From the NCBI GenBank assembly GCA_965116885.1, contig OZ220741.1:2752001-2816000 (forward strand): a stretch of DNA of 64,000 nucleotides, given 5' to 3'. Source of the DNA: Candidatus Latescibacterota bacterium. Lineage in GTDB: Bacteria > Latescibacterota > UBA2968. Shown here piece after piece: positions 58,501 to 64,000 of this stretch; position 1 is the first letter of the stretch; every line of letters starts with the position of its first letter. The translations under genes were made by a program, and so were the position numbers. The notes below the pieces were generated by a model. That model had not been told where the DNA came from and did no database searches. It saw only the letters and a list, made by a program, of their open reading frames with translations.

Positions 58501-59007
58501 GCTTTTGGCACGCTGGAAGATTTGAGTGGCACGGTTGACTTGGTGGTGTTTTCCGATACTTTTGAAAAATTGCGCGAGCAACTGCTGGCCGATGAAATGG
58601 TGGTTTTACAAGGTCGGTTTTCCGCACGCAATGGCCGGTCTTCGGTGCAGGTTGAGAATGTGATGCCTATTGAGCAGGCGCGCGAGCAACTGGCCGATAC
58701 CGTCAATGTGATGTTGTCGGGTGATTTAATACGGATGGAGCCACTCAAATCACTGCATACTCTGTGTCTGAAACATCCGGGCAACTGTCAGTTGCGATTA
58801 CATCTGAAATTGGAGCGCGACCATTCCACCATCATCCTGTCCCGTCAGGTTCAGGTGTTGCCTTCCGATGTCTTGTTGCGAGAAATTGCCGAACTCACGG
58901 GTGGCAGAGCCAATGCGTGGGTATCAACCGAGGCGGGGCGCGCTCGACGCGCGGCGAGACGCCAATCCGATGAAATGGTCTTAGAAGGGGGACTTGTAAC
59001 GGCGTGA
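55501..59007 (+). CDS. dnaE: DNA polymerase III alpha subunit
   Basis: FVHLHSHT.YSLLDG, PPDIDYD, KMDFLGL, GFNKAH, OB fold; no intein seen. Confidence 0.97.
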   Translation: MKSSDFVHLHSHTMYSLLDGASRIEDIAQVAAEWGMPAVAMTDHGNLFGAIDFYRAMKDVGVNPIIGCEVYCALGSRFDKKSMPGLQGSSNHLVLLVKNYTGYKNLIKLVSSGYLEGYYYNPRIDKDLLRQHSEGLICLSACIGGEIPYLIEREGYKTAQKAVETYLDIFGDDYYLEIQRHGIDKEKKINPGLVKLHEEMGVPLVATNDSHFTRAEDHEAHAALVAIQTGKTLDDPKRMCYPEGVYFKSAEEMYELFRDMPHVLEPTLEIAEKCNLEISFDESHAPDFPLPERYDSASDYLKDLARKGMETRCKQVTSEHEERLKFELGVIDQTGYPGYFLILHDLVQFSNASGIRAGARGSAVSSLVAYALGITAVDPIEYGLVFERFLNPERISPPDIDYDIADRDREQVIDYVVQKYGRDNVCQVITFGTMGAKGVIRDVGRVLDRPFADVDRISKLVPAELKMTLDKALDQVPELRQIAEDGDMGEKMIGIGKQLEGLARHASIHAAAVVITPEPVTEFMPVYKAPKGGEVMTQYNMHHVEDLGFLKMDFLGLRNLTVIDDAVKMVKENYGVDVDVDNLPLDDEETYRLFGRGDTTGVFQFESAGMRGYLQQLKPDTIGDIIAMNALYRPGPMQYIPNYIDRKHGREEVIYNDEKMRPALEETYGIITYQEQVQRLCRDLAGFTLAKADGIRKAMGKKLADVMEKYRLEFLESTMANGVEKTVAEQIWRDIEVFSGYGFNKAHSAGYSMVAYQCAYLKAHYPAEFMAANLNSEIGNIERLVVLVEECRRMGLDVLPPDVNAGQVDFMAAKNEIRMGMAAIRNVGRSAVQAIVAARDADGPFESLFDFCDRVDSQAVNRRCIESLIKAGAYDCVPGHRAQLLEALDRALEMAQSVQMDRARGQISMFEMVEMQTQAVNDQSLPEVEEWTERERLANEKDMLGFYLSGHPLERYRTDLSEMGMRSVNDLTGLPDGAEVQIGGVLTEVKPHTTRDGRPMAFGTLEDLSGTVDLVVFSDTFEKLREQLLADEMVVLQGRFSARNGRSSVQVENVMPIEQAREQLADTVNVMLSGDLIRMEPLKSLHTLCLKHPGNCQLRLHLKLERDHSTIILSRQVQVLPSDVLLREIAELTGGRANAWVSTEAGRARRAARRQSDEMVLEGGLVTA

Positions 59008-59032
59008 TGGGAGGTGGAAAAAATAAAAAAAT

Positions 59033-59066
59033 AAAAGGCGAGGGGCCATTCGGCTCCTCGCCTTTT
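59033..59066. terminator. Bidirectional intrinsic terminator
   Basis: AAAAGGCGAGG...CCTCGCCTTTT between convergent dnaE and rodA. Confidence 0.85.
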
Positions 59067-59083
59067 ACATCTCAATCACACCC

Positions 59084-60304
59084 TTAATAATCCTCATACC
59101 TGTTGGCATAAATGTTGAGTAACAGACCAACGAGAATCATATTTGTGATGAGAGTGGAGCCTCCGTAGCTCAGGAAAGGCAATGGGAGGCCCGTGACGGG
59201 CATGATGCCAATGGTCATGCCGATGTTGACAAAAATGTGGAAGAGGAGAATGGTCGCCAGCCCGATAGCAGTCAAGCTGGAGAAGCGGTTTTTGGTCTGG
59301 ACGGCAATGGACAAGGCACGCCATAAGATGAATATAAACAATGCCAAAATAAAAAAGGCACCGAGAAATCCGAATTCTTCGCATATAACGGAAAAAATAA
59401 AGTCGGTGTGTTGTTCGGGTAAAAAGGCGAGTTTGGTTTGTGTGCCTTCTAAAAATCCCTTGCCTGTGAGGCCGCCAGACCCTATGGCGATTTTGGACTG
59501 AATGACCTGATAACCCGCGCCGAGTTTGTCCATATCGGGGTCGAGAAAGGTGAGGATACGGCGTTTTTGGTAGTCGTGGAGTTTGTTTTCCCACACATAG
59601 GGTGCGGCGATGGCAACCGTGAGATTGACCAATAGCAAGATGCTTGCGGTGAATAAACGGGGGCGTTCATAGAAAAGGAGGCCGATGAGGATTATTACTA
59701 TTGCGGCCAGCATCCAGGGGTGAAAAGCACATATCAGGGTGAGGGCAGGGGAAACTAAAAAAAATAAATGCGTGAGTCTGACGCCTGCCCAGAATAACAT
59801 GGGCAGGATGAGAACGCTAAAAACCAGGGCGGTGCCCAGATCGGGTTGCTTAAAAACGAGTAAGATGGGTACGAGAACGAACAATAGAGGCGGGATAAAG
59901 GCACGTGCGCGGGTCAGGTCGCGGTTGGGATAGGCCAAAAAGCGCGCGAGTACCAGGACGGTCGTTATCTTGGCGAATTCAGAAGGTTGTATGTGAATGG
60001 AACCAATGTTGAACCAGCGCCGGTCACCCAATTCGAGCACGAGTATCAAAAGTGTAACTGTCAGGCCATAGAGGACATACGCAAAGGCGTAAAAAAGTTT
60101 GAGGGGAATGACCATGGTGATGGCCATGGCAATAAACCCGAGTAAGGCCCAGATAATTTGCTTTTCATAAATATTGCCAGCCAGTCCCAAATCCCAATTG
60201 TAGCTGGCACTGTATATGGTGGTAATGCCCACACCAATGCCCAGGCATATTGCTGAGAGAAGGCCGATGTCGAGGTCGCGTCGAACAAATAGAGAAAGAT
60301 TCAC
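59084..60304 (-). CDS. rodA: Rod shape-determining SEDS glycosyltransferase
   Basis: IQPSEFAK, QPDLGT, LPEQHTDFIF, LPFLSYGGS; follows mrdA. Confidence 0.95.
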   Translation of the reverse strand: MNLSLFVRRDLDIGLLSAICLGIGVGITTIYSASYNWDLGLAGNIYEKQIIWALLGFIAMAITMVIPLKLFYAFAYVLYGLTVTLLILVLELGDRRWFNIGSIHIQPSEFAKITTVLVLARFLAYPNRDLTRARAFIPPLLFVLVPILLVFKQPDLGTALVFSVLILPMLFWAGVRLTHLFFLVSPALTLICAFHPWMLAAIVIILIGLLFYERPRLFTASILLLVNLTVAIAAPYVWENKLHDYQKRRILTFLDPDMDKLGAGYQVIQSKIAIGSGGLTGKGFLEGTQTKLAFLPEQHTDFIFSVICEEFGFLGAFFILALFIFILWRALSIAVQTKNRFSSLTAIGLATILLFHIFVNIGMTIGIMPVTGLPLPFLSYGGSTLITNMILVGLLLNIYANRYEDY

Positions 60305-60326
60305 AACTACCTCGAAAAGTGGGAGG

Positions 60327-62207
60327 TTACTGGTTGGTGACTACAAAGAATTCGCTGGTGCGTTTTTGCTTTGGCACAGCTTGTTCAAAATAGGCTTCAA
60401 GCGTTTTTTGTGCAATAGGTGCGGCAACACTGCCGCCCGAACCGCCGTTTTCAACAATTACGGCAATGGCAATGCGCGGGTTTTCTGCCGGTGCATAAGC
60501 GACAAACCAGGCGTGGTCTTCACCATGAGGATTTTGTGCGGTGCCCGTTTTTCCCGCAACGACAATGTCGGGTAAACGGGCGCGATGACCAGTGCCGCCA
60601 GGGCTGTTGACCACATCGACCATCATGCTTCGCACTGTTTCAATGACTTCTTGCGAGATGGGTAGAGATGTGGTTTTCCCCTTTGTACCTTTGATTACCT
60701 GCGGAGTGGGTAACTGACCGGTTGCCAGTGCACTGGTATAGCGCACCACCTGAAGGGGAGTTGCCAGGAGTTCCCCTTGCCCAATGGTCAGGTTGAGCAT
60801 ATTGCCACCAGCCAAGAAGCCGTGCCTTTGTTTGTAATAGGCGCGGTTGGGCAGCAGACCGCGTGCTTCACCATCGCCTCCCGAAGCGATGTCGATATTT
60901 GTCAATTCACCAAATTCGAACATAGCGGCATACCGATGCCATTCGTCAATACCTACTTTGAGGCCGAGTTGATAAAAGAATACATCACAAGATTTGACAA
61001 GTGCTTGCCGCATGTTGATTGTTCCACAGCCTCTTTTGTTGTGACATCTAAATCGGCGATCACCGAAAACCATGCCCCCTGTGCAAGGACGCAAGCGATA
61101 TTCATCGGCTTTGAGTATGCCCCTGTCCAAAGCGGCAACAGATGTGATCATTTTGAATACCGAAGCGGGCGGGTATTCGCCCTTAAGGCTGCGATTGAGC
61201 AAGGGTTTGGATGGATCTGTTTGCAAGTGCTGCCACGCTTTGGGGTCTCGAATAGATCGCGGATGAAATCCGGGTTTACTGACTATGGCGATGATTTCGC
61301 CAGACTGCGGATGCATCGCTACGAGGCTGCCGCGCATGCTGTCTGCAAAGGCGTGCTCGGCGGCATGTTGCACGCGCCAGTCGATCGTGAGCGACAGATC
61401 TTCGCCGGGAATAGGAGGATCTGTTTTTTCGGGGAAACTACCCACTTCTCGGCCCCTGGCATTTACTTCGATGTATTTGACGCCCTTATGGCCCCGCATC
61501 CGGTCTTCAAACATGCGCTCAATACCTCGTTTTCCAATGCGGTCGTCGTAGCGATAGCCTTCTGCTTTCAGACGAGAATATTGCGATGCGTTGATCAGCC
61601 CGAGATAGCCCAGAGTATGAGGTGCTAATGGAAAGGATTGACTGACGTTGTGTTGCTCGTGTGAAAATTCTGTGGATATCTCCGGGGGCGTGTCAAAGAT
61701 GGGATAGCCCCTGCGGGGTTCAATTTGGATTTCGACACCGGGGAAATCATAGCGATTTTCTTCGATAATGGAAACGGCTTCAAAATCAACATCGCGTTTG
61801 AGGTTGATCGGATCGTAAAAATATCGGTTAGGCGATTGCAATTTTTCTGTTATGGTTTCACAGGGCAGATCCACAATTTGCCCGAGGCGTTCGAGAAGTC
61901 CATTGCATTTGCCCTCTTCAATATTTGCCAAAAAGCGAGGGGGAATGACTGAGATGTTATAAGACGGTCTGTTATCGACCAAAATGATACCATTGCGATC
62001 GCGAATCAGGCCGCGATTGGCCTGGATGATGACGGGCTGCATGGTATTTTTTTCGGATTTAATGCGATACTGTTCCCATTCGGCAATCTGCAACATATAG
62101 AGGCGGACACCCAATATGCCAAAGAGGAATGCGACGACGCCAATAAGAATGCGTGCGCGATGCTCTCGAATGCCGTTATGTGTGAAGTTATTCTGCATGG
62201 GATTCAA
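60327..62207 (-). CDS. mrdA: Penicillin-binding protein 2
   Basis: RGLIRDRNG, SVFK (SxxK), SCD, KTGTAQ; mreD-mrdA-rodA order. Confidence 0.95.
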   Translation of the reverse strand: MNPMQNNFTHNGIREHRARILIGVVAFLFGILGVRLYMLQIAEWEQYRIKSEKNTMQPVIIQANRGLIRDRNGIILVDNRPSYNISVIPPRFLANIEEGKCNGLLERLGQIVDLPCETITEKLQSPNRYFYDPINLKRDVDFEAVSIIEENRYDFPGVEIQIEPRRGYPIFDTPPEISTEFSHEQHNVSQSFPLAPHTLGYLGLINASQYSRLKAEGYRYDDRIGKRGIERMFEDRMRGHKGVKYIEVNARGREVGSFPEKTDPPIPGEDLSLTIDWRVQHAAEHAFADSMRGSLVAMHPQSGEIIAIVSKPGFHPRSIRDPKAWQHLQTDPSKPLLNRSLKGEYPPASVFKMITSVAALDRGILKADEYRLRPCTGGMVFGDRRFRCHNKRGCGTINMRQALVKSCDVFFYQLGLKVGIDEWHRYAAMFEFGELTNIDIASGGDGEARGLLPNRAYYKQRHGFLAGGNMLNLTIGQGELLATPLQVVRYTSALATGQLPTPQVIKGTKGKTTSLPISQEVIETVRSMMVDVVNSPGGTGHRARLPDIVVAGKTGTAQNPHGEDHAWFVAYAPAENPRIAIAVIVENGGSGGSVAAPIAQKTLEAYFEQAVPKQKRTSEFFVVTNQ

Positions 62208-62667
62208 TATTGAAAAGTGAGAGATGGGTAAGGATAGACGACAATGCCGTGCCCAACGCGGCTGTGTAAAGGCCTGTGCCCAATCCGACGCTCAAAATTT
62301 TGAGTGGTTGCAAAATAAAAATAAAAAAAATAATATCATGTAAAAGTGTTGCTAAAAATAAAATAGCAGCCTGTGCTCGTAGAGCTTCTGCGGCGATACT
62401 CACACGGCTATAACCTGCAAAAAAACCAATCAGGCTGTTGGCAAGGGCATTGGTGCCCAAACGCGAGCCGGGATCGTATATGTCGATGAGCAATCCCGAT
62501 ATAAAACCCAGTGCTGTCGCTTCAATTTGTCCCCGGGTAAAGGCAATGAAAACCAGTATGATAATGACGATATCCGGTGCGATACCGTAAATTGCGAAGA
62601 TATCGATCCAGGATGCCTGGAGAAGCAGTGCCAAACAAATGAACAAAATATTGCGGGCGATAATCAT
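62188..62667 (-). CDS. mreD: Rod shape-determining protein MreD
   Basis: Hydrophobic, PD motif, GFISGLLID; immediately upstream of mrdA. Confidence 0.85.
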   Translation of the reverse strand: MIIARNILFICLALLLQASWIDIFAIYGIAPDIVIIILVFIAFTRGQIEATALGFISGLLIDIYDPGSRLGTNALANSLIGFFAGYSRVSIAAEALRAQAAILFLATLLHDIIFFIFILQPLKILSVGLGTGLYTAALGTALSSILTHLSLFNIESHAE

Positions 62668-62676
62668 ATTGATTGG

Positions 62677-62705
62677 GAAGGGGCGGGTTTAAAACCCACC
62701 CGTAC
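62677..62705. repeat. Second-type REP-like palindrome
   Basis: GAAGGGGCGGGTTTAAAACCCACCCGTAC hairpin with GTA(G/C)-like ends. Confidence 0.65.
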
Positions 62706-62740
62706 GGTCAATTCTCCACCAGGGCGGACTGACAGTTTCA

Positions 62741-64000
62741 TCAATCCGCAATTTCTCTAACGCGAATGCGGGTGCCGGGCCGCAGACGCGATGGACTTCG
62801 AATGTTATTCCAGGATTGTAGGGCTGCAACACTGGTATCAAAGGCACGCGCAATGCCCCACAGGGTATCCCCCGTGCGAACTGTATAAAAGATGGGAGAT
62901 TCCGATGTTCCATCTTTGGGTACCCACAATGTGAGGCGATCGCCCGGGTGAATGGGACGATTGGTATTCAGATTGTTCCACGCACGCAGGTGTGAAACCG
63001 TGATACCTTTTCGTTTGGCTATGTCCCATAAGGTATCGCCTGTACGCACCGTGACATTGATCTGGCGATAGTGTTTGGGGTCGGGCTTGTGGCTAATACT
63101 TTTTGTTTGTATTGCTGGGCGTGCCTGTGTTGCGGCAGCCAAGCGTTGGGCGTGGGGATACATTGGAATGCTGAGTTTCTGACCAATTTGCAGGCGACGG
63201 GGGTTGGTGATGCCATTGGCCGCTTGCAGATCGGATGCCGACACTCCCACGCGGGATGCGATACCCGATAAGGTGTCCCCGCGTTTGACCACATAGTCGA
63301 TAAGTTGGATTTTTTTATGTGCTGGTATTTGTGCGTAATTGGCTCTGAATTTCGCACCTGCGCCCTTTGGTACGCGCAAATTATAGGCGTTTCGCCGCAT
63401 GGCGGGCGGTGTATATGGACGGCGCAATTCGGGGTTGAGTTGTTTGAGCCAGGTGTAGGTCGTGCCCGCACATTCCGCTGCCAAATGCAGGTTCACAGGT
63501 TCTGTTAAAACGACTTTGTCATAAGACAGGGGAGGTTGATAGACAACATCTTTAAAGCCAAAAAAAGCGGGATCTTTGGCAATGACGACAGCTGCCATAA
63601 ACTTGGGTACGTGATTGCGGGTTTCTCTGGGCAGTACGTCGATTTCCCAAAAGTCACGGGTTCTGGATCTTGCAATAGCGCGATCCATCCGGCCCTGTCC
63701 GCAGTTGTAGGCTGCGACAACCAGATGCCAATCTTTAAAGTGCTCGTATAGGTGATTGAGATGTCGCGCAGCAGCATGTGTGGATTTTTCGGGATCCATG
63801 CGATCGTCAATATAGGTGTTGCGCCGCAGGCCATAGAGCAAGCCAGTGCGGTACATAAATTGCCACATGCCCAGGGCGTATGCACGCGAGAGCGCACGGG
63901 GATTAAATCCACTTTCGATCAAGGCTTTGTACGCGAGATCCGAAGGCAGGCCCTGTTCGCGGAAAATTGTCTGGATCATAGGCAAATAGGCGGTGGAGCG
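62741..64000 (-). CDS. MltD-like lytic transglycosylase with three LysM domains, 5'-truncated by window edge
   Basis: LIESG, GMWQFM, AAYNCG, ETRNHVPK, three VxxGDTL LysM repeats. Confidence 0.92.
   Translation of the reverse strand, partial: RSTAYLPMIQTIFREQGLPSDLAYKALIESGFNPRALSRAYALGMWQFMYRTGLLYGLRRNTYIDDRMDPEKSTHAAARHLNHLYEHFKDWHLVVAAYNCGQGRMDRAIARSRTRDFWEIDVLPRETRNHVPKFMAAVVIAKDPAFFGFKDVVYQPPLSYDKVVLTEPVNLHLAAECAGTTYTWLKQLNPELRRPYTPPAMRRNAYNLRVPKGAGAKFRANYAQIPAHKKIQLIDYVVKRGDTLSGIASRVGVSASDLQAANGITNPRRLQIGQKLSIPMYPHAQRLAAATQARPAIQTKSISHKPDPKHYRQINVTVRTGDTLWDIAKRKGITVSHLRAWNNLNTNRPIHPGDRLTLWVPKDGTSESPIFYTVRTGDTLWGIARAFDTSVAALQSWNNIRSPSRLRPGTRIRVREIAD

Noticed and set aside
55501..59007. 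Intein in dnaE
   Set aside because: Length is ordinary and motifs are contiguous; no splice-junction motifs seen

Overview
A bacterial chromosomal window of about 56 genes, most on the minus strand. Gene content (short RpoD, GWxTD, DUF5916, DUF4159/DUF4175, several PhyH dioxygenases) suggests an uncultured FCB-group organism such as a Latescibacterota/Gemmatimonadota-like symbiont; this is inference only. Family calls come from motif recognition, not database searches. 1-13 kb is accessory catabolism: SDR, CBM9/DUF5916, three PhyH dioxygenases (one fused to HEAT repeats), sugar epimerase, Zn-ADH, a PL2-like lyase and Gfo/Idh/MocA. 13-35 kb is core metabolism: dusA, a plant-HPR1-like hydroxypyruvate reductase, fused IOR, a sodA-prx-iscA-rny-iscU-like-queG-miaB-lipA cluster, folB-folK-dNK-panB-panC, a YgfZ-like gene, qor, NUDIX and a sigma-70. 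35-50 kb is envelope genes: DUF4159-DUF4175-TPR-exported GATase-like-MoxR-murD, and Mur ligase-LdcA-M48-AsmA. 50-64 kb holds a PD-(D/E)XK nuclease, aroA, a TnpB-only IS200/IS605 element, dnaE and mltD-mreD-mrdA-rodA. Main observations: (1) the TnpB element sits 10 nt upstream of the aroA ATG, with readable ends, TAM (TTTAT), omega-RNA and a guide covering the aroA start, and it splits a probable aroA -10 box; (2) an IscU-like protein keeps only one of three cysteines; (3) a MoxR operon lacks VWA/DUF58 and carries an exported Cys/His/Glu enzyme; (4) heptamer arrays directly abut start codons with no SD; (5) dispersed GTAG REP elements; (6) an unannotated 38-aa membrane microprotein. No rRNA, tRNA or CRISPR array was seen.
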